Of a stretch of 62,038 bases of DNA, positions 27,473 through 36,096 are shown in pieces. The stretch comes from a virus (Duplodnaviria; Caudoviricetes), in IMG/VR virus record IMGVR_UViG_3300020207_000023, positions 1 through 62,038 of that record. The stretch is one strand, 5' to 3'. Every line of letters starts with the position of its first letter. Within the stretch, counting starts at the first letter, position 1. A program made the position numbers and the translations under genes. The notes under the pieces are model-generated. The model did no database searches, had not been told where the DNA came from, and saw only the letters and a list, made by a program, of their open reading frames with translations.

Positions 27473-27946
27473 CTATGCACACAGGTCTGCTACAAATTCA
27501 GGGATAGGCCGACACTCCCAGTCAAAGAGGTGTTGCTTTTCCCCACGGTAATAGTCACGGTATGCTGTGACTACATCATGATGGTGATACTCTACAGGCA
27601 TAGCCTGAGGGAACTTGGTAAAGCCTCGGGCTGTAAGGGCTGGTGGAGCACACCGTAAACTAAAGAAAATAGATTCGGAGCCGTGCGGTTTGCCACGGCG
27701 ATAGCGGAACTCTTTGAATAACTCAAAGCCTAAGTTCCATGTCATATTGTAGTTTTCTACAGTCTGCGCCGCCCATATCGTGCATGGGTGGTGCTGATGG
27801 TTGGGCATATACGGACCGTCGTTGCCGTTTAGCCAGTGAGCAGTAGATAGTATCTGCGTGGTCTCAAGCGGCATCTTGGTAATGTGGTTTTTGCAGTGCA
27901 TTTGAGCACACTGCTCAAGATCCATGGAAAGCCAGAAAATGTTCAT
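27473..27946 (-). CDS. Pyrimidine-dimer DNA glycosylase (DenV-like) family protein
   Basis: MNIFWL...H..KMPLETTQILSTAH, HPCTIW, PQAMP, AYRDYY. Confidence 0.75.
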   Translation of the reverse strand: MNIFWLSMDLEQCAQMHCKNHITKMPLETTQILSTAHWLNGNDGPYMPNHQHHPCTIWAAQTVENYNMTWNLGFELFKEFRYRRGKPHGSESIFFSLRCAPPALTARGFTKFPQAMPVEYHHHDVVTAYRDYYRGEKQHLFDWECRPIPEFVADLCA

Positions 27947-28194
27947 GGTAGGCGGTGCTCGGCAATAGGTAGGCTGACAGGCAATGCACGATTAGGTGGA
28001 TGGCACACAGCATAGACAAGCACCCTACGGTTAGGCGACTCATGGCGTATTTGCCTGTAAGTATCGGCACATAAATCAAGGTCGTCAAAGGGTATAGTCT
28101 TGTATTTGGCACAACCGAGGAACTCGGTAATGGTATAAGACTTGGCATAGAGAAACATTTCTGCTTCGTAATCTTCCCAACTATAATGTGACAT
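27943..28194 (-). CDS. Hypothetical protein
   Basis: TAGAAAGGA leader. Confidence 0.6.
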   Translation of the reverse strand: MSHYSWEDYEAEMFLYAKSYTITEFLGCAKYKTIPFDDLDLCADTYRQIRHESPNRRVLVYAVCHPPNRALPVSLPIAEHRLP

Positions 28195-28275
28195 AGGTTA
28201 TCCTTTCTACAATTAACCTATGTAAACTATAGTATGTAAGTTAACAGAATGTTAGCCCCTAATTTATCTTTTTAA

Positions 28276-28803
28276 TCACACACTAAGGTTGTGGTGGACT
28301 AGCACTTCGTTTACAGGTGCGAAGTCAGGTAAGTCTGAGAACTTTTTGTAAAGATAATTGATGCCAGTGTGCATTATCACTTTCATCTGCTCGCTTCCTG
28401 CAGAATGGCGATGGGAATAGAGCACGAGTTCAAGCATATCTGCCATCTTAAGTCTGCTTTTTTCTTCTGGCGTTAGGACAAAAGTCAATCCAAGGTCGTC
28501 CATCACTTTCTTTTCAGCCTTTTCAAAGGCTTGCAGGACTTCGGGGAACGACCATTTCGCCGTTGCTGGGATATCACCCAACACCATTTCAGGCACATCG
28601 TGATACAACGCCGCCATGATTAACTGTTTGCTACTATCAGGCCATAACTGGTCAATCAATATACTGACTGCGTATGAATGTGCTCCCACTGTTTGCCTCT
28701 CTGCTTGCATTGGAACAGTATGGTAGCGCAGTAGGAACTGTGCATCCCACGCTGTCATCAATGTTTTAATGTTGGTTGTTGTCTTGCATTTTCGTCCCGC
28801 CAT
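28276..28803 (-). CDS. HD-domain deoxynucleotide phosphohydrolase (YfbR-like)
   Basis: RYH..TVGAHS..ALYHDVPE..GDIP..ADMLE. Confidence 0.85.
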   Translation of the reverse strand: MAGRKCKTTTNIKTLMTAWDAQFLLRYHTVPMQAERQTVGAHSYAVSILIDQLWPDSSKQLIMAALYHDVPEMVLGDIPATAKWSFPEVLQAFEKAEKKVMDDLGLTFVLTPEEKSRLKMADMLELVLYSHRHSAGSEQMKVIMHTGINYLYKKFSDLPDFAPVNEVLVHHNLSV

Positions 28804-30685
28804 CTTTTATTCCTCTTGCCCATGGTTTGTCGCTAAATGTCTTTTTAGCTTCACCCCAGCTCGGACCGAACTCAGCATCCACAACGCTGGGGATTTGCAT
28901 ATTGACACAGGTTTCCATTATTTCTTGTATTTTTGCACCAGTATCAGGGTCAGCAACGGATATGTCAAGTTCATCATGAACCTGAATCATAGGCGTAATA
29001 CCCTCTTCATACAGGGCAACCATCGCCGCTTTAGTTTGGTCAGCGGCACTGCCTTGTATCAATCTATTTAAGGCTTTGTATGTGAATGCTCTTTTGATTG
29101 CCGGACCATGCTCGGCGTAAGCATCTTGATAAGACATGGGTTTGTATGTCCCATACGCATTTGGCTCCCATTTATCAAAACGACACTTGCGTCCTAACAG
29201 GGTGCGTATCAATCCTTTGTTAGATGCACGGTGGATTACATAATCAGCTAACTGTTGCACGAATGGCACTTTTCCATGATACTCGGCAAATAATTCTTTA
29301 GCGTCATCAAACTCCAAACCCAACTGCTCAGCCAGTTTATTCTTACCCATCCCGTAGAATAGGCCGAGGTTAATGTCTTTTGCTTGCTTGCGCGGCACTC
29401 CCACAATATTTGCCGCCATCTGGTGGAAATCGGTATTAGCATCAATGTTATACTGGTCGGCAAACTCTTGTGCGCCTTGCAGTTTCAGTAGGCTGGCATA
29501 ATGAACAACGAGGCGTGGTTCTTGGCTACTGTAATCAAAAGCCCCCCACAATTCACCTTCATCGGGTAGAAACAAGCCACGAATCATCGGACCAATCTCA
29601 GCGTTCCGTGCTGGCACTTGTTGTAGATTAGGATTGCTGTAACTGAAGCGGCCTGTAACTGTGCCGCCATCATCACTTCTCAAACTGTGTGCTTCAGCAT
29701 GGATGCGACCGTTATGTTGGTGCTTCAGTATAGTGTCTATAAAGGTAGTTCGGGCTTTATTCAGCTCTCGAGCTCGAACCACAGCCTTTGGCAAGTCATG
29801 GGCATGGTTGGCTAGAAAGTTTTTAGTGAAGCTAGGCTGTCCTGATTTGGGCGTTTTAGGGTATTTCAGCCCATTAGCGTCGAAGGCTTTAGCAATACTC
29901 GCCGCCGCCCATATATCAATATCTTGCCCACCCGCATCAGCTAGAACCTTTTGTTCTTCGCGTTCCAGATACTCTTTTAACTGCTCTGCTTTTTCAAGGT
30001 CTACCCGCACACCCTTCTTACGCATGGCAAAGACGACCTTTAACACTTTAAGTTCTAAATCAAAAATATCAGCAATATCTTCTTTTAGTATAAGCCCTTT
30101 GAAATGTTGCCACAGTTTCAGCGTAAGTGCGGCATCCTGTTCTGCGTATTGCCCGACAAAGTGGGCTGGCAGTTTCCACATTTCACTCTTAGCATTTACA
30201 CCAAATGAGTTAGCGGCTTCATACAGGTCTTTTTCGCTTTTGCGTTCGTTCAGGTAATCCCTACCAAGTGCGTTCAATGCGTAACTAAACCTGTTTTCAT
30301 CAAGCAGGGCGGCTACGATCATTGTATCAATCACACGGCCTTTAACCTCAATCCCTTCTGCCCACAGCCAGCCGAGGTCATACATAGCATTGTGCATAAT
30401 GTAATCGCGCTCAACAGAAACAATGTTGGAGAGCCATCGCAGAGTTTGCTTTGCATCAAAGTTACCGCCGTTTTCATGACGGATAGGGAAATACCAAGCC
30501 TTGCCCTCTACCGCTACAGCAATCCCAATGACATAGCCATCTTTACGAGGCCAGCCACTACCCATCGTAGTTAGGTTAGGGTCGCGTGTTTCAAGGTCAA
30601 TCGCTATTTCTCTAGCGTCCGACAGGTCGGGGTAGCCATCAGGCATAACCCACTCAGTCGGAGGTGTGAACAAGGGGAACTGCAT
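28766..30685 (-). CDS. polA: Family A DNA polymerase with 3'-5' exonuclease
   Basis: IDLET, HNAMYD, TGRFS..PNLQQVP, DYSSQEPR, KDINLGLFYG, QVHDEL. Confidence 0.95.
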   Translation of the reverse strand: MQFPLFTPPTEWVMPDGYPDLSDAREIAIDLETRDPNLTTMGSGWPRKDGYVIGIAVAVEGKAWYFPIRHENGGNFDAKQTLRWLSNIVSVERDYIMHNAMYDLGWLWAEGIEVKGRVIDTMIVAALLDENRFSYALNALGRDYLNERKSEKDLYEAANSFGVNAKSEMWKLPAHFVGQYAEQDAALTLKLWQHFKGLILKEDIADIFDLELKVLKVVFAMRKKGVRVDLEKAEQLKEYLEREEQKVLADAGGQDIDIWAAASIAKAFDANGLKYPKTPKSGQPSFTKNFLANHAHDLPKAVVRARELNKARTTFIDTILKHQHNGRIHAEAHSLRSDDGGTVTGRFSYSNPNLQQVPARNAEIGPMIRGLFLPDEGELWGAFDYSSQEPRLVVHYASLLKLQGAQEFADQYNIDANTDFHQMAANIVGVPRKQAKDINLGLFYGMGKNKLAEQLGLEFDDAKELFAEYHGKVPFVQQLADYVIHRASNKGLIRTLLGRKCRFDKWEPNAYGTYKPMSYQDAYAEHGPAIKRAFTYKALNRLIQGSAADQTKAAMVALYEEGITPMIQVHDELDISVADPDTGAKIQEIMETCVNMQIPSVVDAEFGPSWGEAKKTFSDKPWARGIKDGGTKMQDNNQH

Positions 30686-30839
30686 CCGCTTTTACTTTCA
30701 TAGGTTGGTTACATGAACAATGAGGCCATTTGTTTTTGAGGTTGCGAAAGGTGAGGTGTTTAACCTCACCCTTGCACTCACACTCAGCAACTACAGGCTC
30801 ATCCAACTTCGAGTTCGAGTTGTCGGTCATCTTTGTCAC
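30654..30839 (-). CDS. Small Cys-containing protein
   Basis: CEC...CSC, overlaps neighbours. Confidence 0.45.
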   Translation of the reverse strand: MTKMTDNSNSKLDEPVVAECECKGEVKHLTFRNLKNKWPHCSCNQPMKVKADAVPLVHTSD

Positions 30840-31245
30840 CGAATCGCATCCTTAATTCAGCCTCAACAAGAAACAAATAACGCCGTAGGTCGCGTATATC
30901 ATCTAAAACGCCTTCCTCGCGTCTGTCTTCCTCTGCTGTTTGGAACACATCATAATTCCAGTCAGCCACTTGCTTTTCAAGCCTGTCCCATTTGCGAGCC
31001 AGCATCATAAAAGCACCAACGCCTCCGCGCTGTTTCCAACTGTTGCCATAGGATTGCTCAGATATATGCAACCCTTCAACATCCTCCATAGCCAGACCCA
31101 GCACCTTATTGATAATGGCACTGTAATCATCGGCATCTATTTCACCGTTCCTAACCAATTTAAGATACTCCTCTTCCTCTAACTCACGCATACGCCGTGT
31201 CATATAAGCCTCGTGACTTTCGTGTTTTACAAAGTTTCCATCCAT
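30799..31245 (-). CDS. Nucleotide-modification-associated (Nmad1/MazG-like) protein
   Basis: SYGNSW..ARKWDRL..LDDIRDLRRY. Confidence 0.65.
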   Translation of the reverse strand: MDGNFVKHESHEAYMTRRMRELEEEEYLKLVRNGEIDADDYSAIINKVLGLAMEDVEGLHISEQSYGNSWKQRGGVGAFMMLARKWDRLEKQVADWNYDVFQTAEEDRREEGVLDDIRDLRRYLFLVEAELRMRFGDKDDRQLELEVG

Positions 31246-32243
31246 TTGTCTTTTCTCCGTTCTAGCCATTCGTAACACGCCAAATGCCAATCATCTGGCT
31301 TTATGTCTTTAGAATGTTCCATGGCTTGGAAAATTTCTTTTGCTTTCCATGCCACCCACATTCTGTGCATAGGCTGTGCCACTTCGCTAAAAACAGAGTT
31401 AACATATGCTCTAGGTTTCTCGGGGTCTTCCATAAACCACTCAAGCTCTTCATCAAAGGTAAGTATGTCGTCAACCAATGGAGAAGGTTTAATCATGCGT
31501 GTAGCATATGAATCATAGTCAGGGGTCATTCCATCAAGCCCCTCCAACACTTCCACATAGGCGTGGAGGTTGTTGCTGAACTGTGTATAGATCCCCACCT
31601 GTGCGCCAATCCGTGCCGCAATGTATTCCTGCAGAATGGACATATGGACAGCGTTAGCTCCCAGCGCACCCCAGATCATATCATTACTGCGGTTGCATAC
31701 CGTCATGTCCAGCTTATTATCGCGAACGCTGAAATATATATGCGTATTACAGGGGTGATCTTTGCATTCATTATCCTTGCGTAAATCACCTTCAGGATCC
31801 CACATAGCTAAAACAGTTCGTCTATCGTTTTCATAGGTCATAAGTCTATGAACAGCTATGTCTAATTGGTCTTTATAGAAATAGTTACGCCATCTATAAC
31901 CATATGCACCTTGGAGGGTCTTACCATTATCACTATAAGTACCCATCCGTTTATTATAACGCTGGATCCACTCAAGGTCTTCACGACCCGCTAACATCCA
32001 GAGGCTTTCCATAAAATGGAATACAGGGTTAGCGTCGCGTTGCGGATAGAACAATACCCGCTCGCAGGGGTTATTGTAAGTAATCGCACAAGGCTCACGG
32101 AACTCAAGTGCTTTACCGTTTCGGGTGTCTACTTCAACACCGCTAGTTTCAAGTGCTTGCTTCACCAGCCATAACGCATCACTGACATTAACAGCGGTGA
32201 ATGTGTGCATACCCCTCATTGGGGCTTTGCCAAATAGTGCCAT
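31227..32243 (-). CDS. Thymidylate synthase homolog, probable dUMP hydroxymethyltransferase
   Basis: Catalytic PC (HPCN), RSND, dUMP-type Asn (GANAVH), NLHAY; clustered with 5-hmdU kinase. Confidence 0.8.
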   Translation of the reverse strand: MALFGKAPMRGMHTFTAVNVSDALWLVKQALETSGVEVDTRNGKALEFREPCAITYNNPCERVLFYPQRDANPVFHFMESLWMLAGREDLEWIQRYNKRMGTYSDNGKTLQGAYGYRWRNYFYKDQLDIAVHRLMTYENDRRTVLAMWDPEGDLRKDNECKDHPCNTHIYFSVRDNKLDMTVCNRSNDMIWGALGANAVHMSILQEYIAARIGAQVGIYTQFSNNLHAYVEVLEGLDGMTPDYDSYATRMIKPSPLVDDILTFDEELEWFMEDPEKPRAYVNSVFSEVAQPMHRMWVAWKAKEIFQAMEHSKDIKPDDWHLACYEWLERRKDKWMETL

Positions 32244-32344
32244 AATGAACCACCTTTCTATGGGGCTATAAAGCCGCTCGAGCGGCTGAGGTTAGTTTGC
32301 CCTACCCAACTACCAAAAGCAACCTTCTGGCGGCTGTATGGGGC

Positions 32345-33346
32345 TTAAATAAAGTCAAAATGCTTCTTGACACGCTTAGTGTATGTCCCTCCATTTAATG
32401 CTTCTTTAATTGCAGTTTCCGTTTCCTCTGTAGGCTCGGGTAACGTCTTGCGTCCCATGCGGTCAGGTAACAATCCATTACGAAGAGTGGTGTTGTCACA
32501 ACCGTTACAAGGACCGAAATCGCGTTGCCCATGATACAGTTTTGTTCTCGCCGCATGGAAAGCCTCCCCCTGCCAAATATCATCAATATGTGTGTCCATT
32601 ATATTGCCGCACTTATACCATCCTACCCAATCATTACAGCAGACTGCGACATTGCCATCCCATCGTATTGACATTTCGCGGAAAGGTTTAGCACAGCGTT
32701 TGCCATCTTGGTCATGGTTCAATGGAAAAGCATTTCCAGCATGGTTGCTAACTTGGGCATGAGTTCCACTTGTAGCCAATGTGAGATCCATGCCAACAAC
32801 GATATCATGCTCTGTAACTTTTCTTCTACGGTGGGGGTTTGCGGCGCGGTCGGCGGGGTATTCAAAAACGGGATGTGGACCATTGTAACGCTCCTTGATT
32901 TTATCTACGATTTTAATACGGTCGTAGTTATCAAGGAATAGAACATTTAGCCCTGCATCCATAAGTTTGTTGACCGTTTCCTCTGTGTCTTTCAACAACC
33001 CACCACCATTGCTAGTCATCATAAGCGGTGTTCTGGGTAACTCTTTACGGAACAGACCCACCATTTCAATAAAGAAAGGGTGCATAGTAGGCTCGCCGTG
33101 CATAGCAAACTCAATGCGTGGATTCCACCCTGCCCTTTTAATTTCCTGACAAATTCGGGTAGCCGTTTGAATATGCAGATTTTTGTAAGGGGCAGATGCT
33201 TTACCATGCAGATTACTCGGACCATCAGCCTCGTTTTCACGGATAGACTGTATGCCGCAAAATGAGCAAGCAAGGTTGCACCCTTCCACAAACTCTACCT
33301 GAATAGAGTTTGGTGGGTCTTGATAAAAGTTAGATTGCTCCACCAT
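32345..33346 (-). CDS. Radical SAM enzyme with SPASM/twitch domain
   Basis: CNLACSFC, HGEP, C..PF...DGNVAVCC...GNI...CNGC. Confidence 0.9.
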   Translation of the reverse strand: MVEQSNFYQDPPNSIQVEFVEGCNLACSFCGIQSIRENEADGPSNLHGKASAPYKNLHIQTATRICQEIKRAGWNPRIEFAMHGEPTMHPFFIEMVGLFRKELPRTPLMMTSNGGGLLKDTEETVNKLMDAGLNVLFLDNYDRIKIVDKIKERYNGPHPVFEYPADRAANPHRRRKVTEHDIVVGMDLTLATSGTHAQVSNHAGNAFPLNHDQDGKRCAKPFREMSIRWDGNVAVCCNDWVGWYKCGNIMDTHIDDIWQGEAFHAARTKLYHGQRDFGPCNGCDNTTLRNGLLPDRMGRKTLPEPTEETETAIKEALNGGTYTKRVKKHFDFI

Positions 33347-34115
33347 CTTTAGCGGCCTTTCTCCATTGAACACGGACATCCCACCGCGTTTTCATACCTT
33401 CCCAACCTGTTTTAGTTTCCTTTTGTAATGCTTTCACATACAACGGAAAGGCTTGTTCCAAAGCGCGGCTGGCGCGTTCTTGCAGTTCAGCATTGCGATA
33501 TGTGCTACAGCCTCCAGCCGCACCAGAAGCACCACGCTGATCCCATGTCCAATCTACAATAACCGCATTGCCGTGTCCCTTTTGGAATAGGCTGAGGGTT
33601 ACATAGTAGTCCTCCATTAACTCCATAGCATCATAGCGTATGCCTAATTGTTGGAGGATATGGGGGCGTATGGCATGGACAGCGTTTTGCCGCATCCCAT
33701 ACTTTACCCGATCTGGGTAATGTTTGTCATTCATCTGGCGTGGGCTGAGGCCAACATGGGTGAAGTTATTTAACAGCCACTCCATGCGCTCCCACAGTTC
33801 GTGCATCTCACCCTGCTCAGTTTTTCTTAGGTTAGGTGCGTCATCATGTGCGCGGCGACCAAATATAAGATCGTCATCCAAAATAATAATTTTATCATAC
33901 TCCTGCTCCACTGCGTGATCTACAATAAATTGCCGGACATTGTTTATGCCCTTGATATCACCACGGTTCAGGCAGTAACGACCATTGTTAATATGTGCTT
34001 GCACTTCTTCTTGTGGGCAAACCAGAACCGCACTTTCTCTTGCTTCCGGACCAATACTTTCCCAAGTAGTTTGCTTGTTGATCCTACCCCTTGTAGGAAT
34101 AAAAATAGGTATCAT
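33330..34115 (-). CDS. GT-A glycosyltransferase, TAGT/JGT/GREB1-like DNA-base type
   Basis: IFIPTRGR, ILDDDL, MEDY, GGCS motifs. Confidence 0.75.
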   Translation of the reverse strand: MIPIFIPTRGRINKQTTWESIGPEARESAVLVCPQEEVQAHINNGRYCLNRGDIKGINNVRQFIVDHAVEQEYDKIIILDDDLIFGRRAHDDAPNLRKTEQGEMHELWERMEWLLNNFTHVGLSPRQMNDKHYPDRVKYGMRQNAVHAIRPHILQQLGIRYDAMELMEDYYVTLSLFQKGHGNAVIVDWTWDQRGASGAAGGCSTYRNAELQERASRALEQAFPLYVKALQKETKTGWEGMKTRWDVRVQWRKAAKDGGAI

Positions 34116-34432
34116 AACTCATCCTCATCAAACCTTATTGAACCAGAGGCCATTGCTTCTTCTAACTCTTCATCGGTTAGGTTGTCAATGTCTGCTTCAG
34201 TATATTTAAAAACCTTTTGTGGCTTCGTCCTCGGCCGTAACCGTTTCTTTTTGTTTGGCTTTGGTTGCTCGGGTTTCGGTTTCGGCACGGTGGGCTTGGA
34301 GGTCTCTAATACTTCCAATGTCCGATAGATGTGCTTGCATTTCTGACATACTCGCTTCCTCCGGACTGATTTGTCTGCTGTAAGTCTGCTGTCTGCGACG
34401 GTTGATTTGCCACTGCATTTTGGACACAACAT
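34112..34432 (-). CDS. NrdR-like Zn-ribbon protein without ATP cone
   Basis: CPKC..STVADSR..VRRKRVCQKC...RTLE. Confidence 0.7.
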   Translation of the reverse strand: MLCPKCSGKSTVADSRLTADKSVRRKRVCQKCKHIYRTLEVLETSKPTVPKPKPEQPKPNKKKRLRPRTKPQKVFKYTEADIDNLTDEELEEAMASGSIRFDEDEL

Positions 34433-34434
34433 TT

Positions 34435-35340
34435 CTACACCACCCCACCATTAGGAGCCTCCAACCACATTCCAACATTAGCCTGATACTTACTGCGTGG
34501 CTTGCCTTGTCCAAGGCGCACACGCTCATACTTATCCCACTCGCACAGGCTATGCTCAATAGTTCGCATATCTACTGCATCAAGGGGAACATGAGATTGA
34601 ATGTAGTTTGGTGCTTGAGCCAGTAACTCTTGCATTTCGGTATTGGCTTGGGTCTGGTTCATAGACTTAGTCAACACCCTATCGTGGATACGGTTCAGTC
34701 CTCGCTTTGCTCCCGGACCTGCGTTTGCCCAACTAAAACGGTCTTGTGCCTTGTCCAATACAGGTGTGTAGTTGAGGTCGGTAACCACTTCGTATGACAT
34801 AAAGCCTCCCCCTCCCCATCCCCGATAGGAAGCCATCGCTTTGTGGGTCGCCTCCAACGATTGCGTTTCCTCAGCGACCCCCGATAAATGCACCCTGTCT
34901 TTCCAAATAGGTTTGAGGAAGTGGTCAACAACGACCTCCGACTTACGAGCTTTGAGACCTTGATTAGTGATTATATAAGCTCCAGTGAATGTCCGCAAAC
35001 CAGAGGACAACCTAGCCTCAATAAGTTCTTTGGTATGGTCGGGATTCCATCCTTTATCTTCGTCAACCCACCCATGCTCTTCGGCAAACTCGCTTGTGCC
35101 AATCATGCGGAACAAACAACAATTAAAAACGATTTCACTGTGCGGACGGTTAGCATTTGGGTTAGTCCAGTTTTGGCGCATCCAAACAGTAACACGGTCA
35201 TTTTCACGGAAGGGGTTGGTGAACTTGTAATCCTGCAAAATGTGGTCGTCAGTCCAAGGGGGATTGACCCCCTTGGCTCGCTTTTGGTAAATAGCGTGAC
35301 GCTCATTTATCCAGTAAAAGAACCTTTCTATGTTCTCCAT
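34435..35340 (-). CDS. 5-hmdU DNA kinase (aGPT-Pplase1 family)
   Basis: ERHAI..PPWTDDHILQDYKFTN..RENDR, FTGAY, GPGAKRGL, EHSLCEWDKY. Confidence 0.85.
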   Translation of the reverse strand: MENIERFFYWINERHAIYQKRAKGVNPPWTDDHILQDYKFTNPFRENDRVTVWMRQNWTNPNANRPHSEIVFNCCLFRMIGTSEFAEEHGWVDEDKGWNPDHTKELIEARLSSGLRTFTGAYIITNQGLKARKSEVVVDHFLKPIWKDRVHLSGVAEETQSLEATHKAMASYRGWGGGGFMSYEVVTDLNYTPVLDKAQDRFSWANAGPGAKRGLNRIHDRVLTKSMNQTQANTEMQELLAQAPNYIQSHVPLDAVDMRTIEHSLCEWDKYERVRLGQGKPRSKYQANVGMWLEAPNGGVV

Positions 35341-35344
35341 AGGC

Positions 35345-35950
35345 TTAGTTCCCTAGCTTAATGACGCCTTTAGCCAACGCCAATTTAATATCAACACTGT
35401 TGCCTCCAGGAGTCAACGCTTTCATAGCGGACAAGGCATCAGCAACGGTAGCAGACTTTGCAAGGGCTTCAAAATTATGCCAGCGATTGCTACCTTCACG
35501 GTATGGGTTAGAACCTGTAACAACAATCGTTGCCTGTGGGTCATACTTAGCCCGAGCATTGCGCTCTGGCTTGGGTGTATCTACAGCAACGGTTGGCGTA
35601 GGCATAGGAGCCGACGGAGTATTCACCTGCATTTTAGTCTCCTTTTCAACAGGTTTATATTTTTTCGCGCGAGCCGCTACAATCGTGTGAAACTCTTTGT
35701 AAACGCCCTGCGAATTGAAATAGCCAGTAGTCTCACGCTGGATATTACTGGCTTCCAAAACACTGAGTAACTCTTGCTCAGTGAATGTGTTTTGTAATTG
35801 TTCCACATTTGAAAACACAATGCTATACTCATTGAGTTCTTTACAATTACGAAGTTCTCGCAATGAGGGAAACACAAAATAGGAATATGGCTCGTTCCTG
35901 TTGGATTCATTGTGGTTTTCCAATACTGCATAAGTCTTGATTGCCGCCAT
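35345..35950 (-). CDS. Hypothetical two-domain protein
   Basis: 201 aa with Pro/Thr linker; TAGAAAGGAG leader. Confidence 0.65.
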   Translation of the reverse strand: MAAIKTYAVLENHNESNRNEPYSYFVFPSLRELRNCKELNEYSIVFSNVEQLQNTFTEQELLSVLEASNIQRETTGYFNSQGVYKEFHTIVAARAKKYKPVEKETKMQVNTPSAPMPTPTVAVDTPKPERNARAKYDPQATIVVTGSNPYREGSNRWHNFEALAKSATVADALSAMKALTPGGNSVDIKLALAKGVIKLGN

Positions 35951-36096
35951 GTCAAAGCTCCTTTCTATAAGCCTTATACTGTTATTCTACTATATGTAGG
36001 GAATCAAGCAAGCCCTAAATACTCCAATGCCCCACTAAAAGTTCTCTTCTAGCAGGGCATTGGGCGAGAGGTGAGCTTCTGCCCACCCCCACATTC

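Noticed and set aside
28276-28803. HD hydrolase as DatZ of a 2-aminoadenine genome
   Set aside because: No PurZ-like gene in the window; context points to thymidine modification.
31227-32243. dCMP hydroxymethylase with T4-like glucosyl-hmC
   Set aside because: Specificity residue appears to be Asn (dUMP type) rather than Asp, and a 5-hmdU kinase is in the cluster; alignment by eye only.
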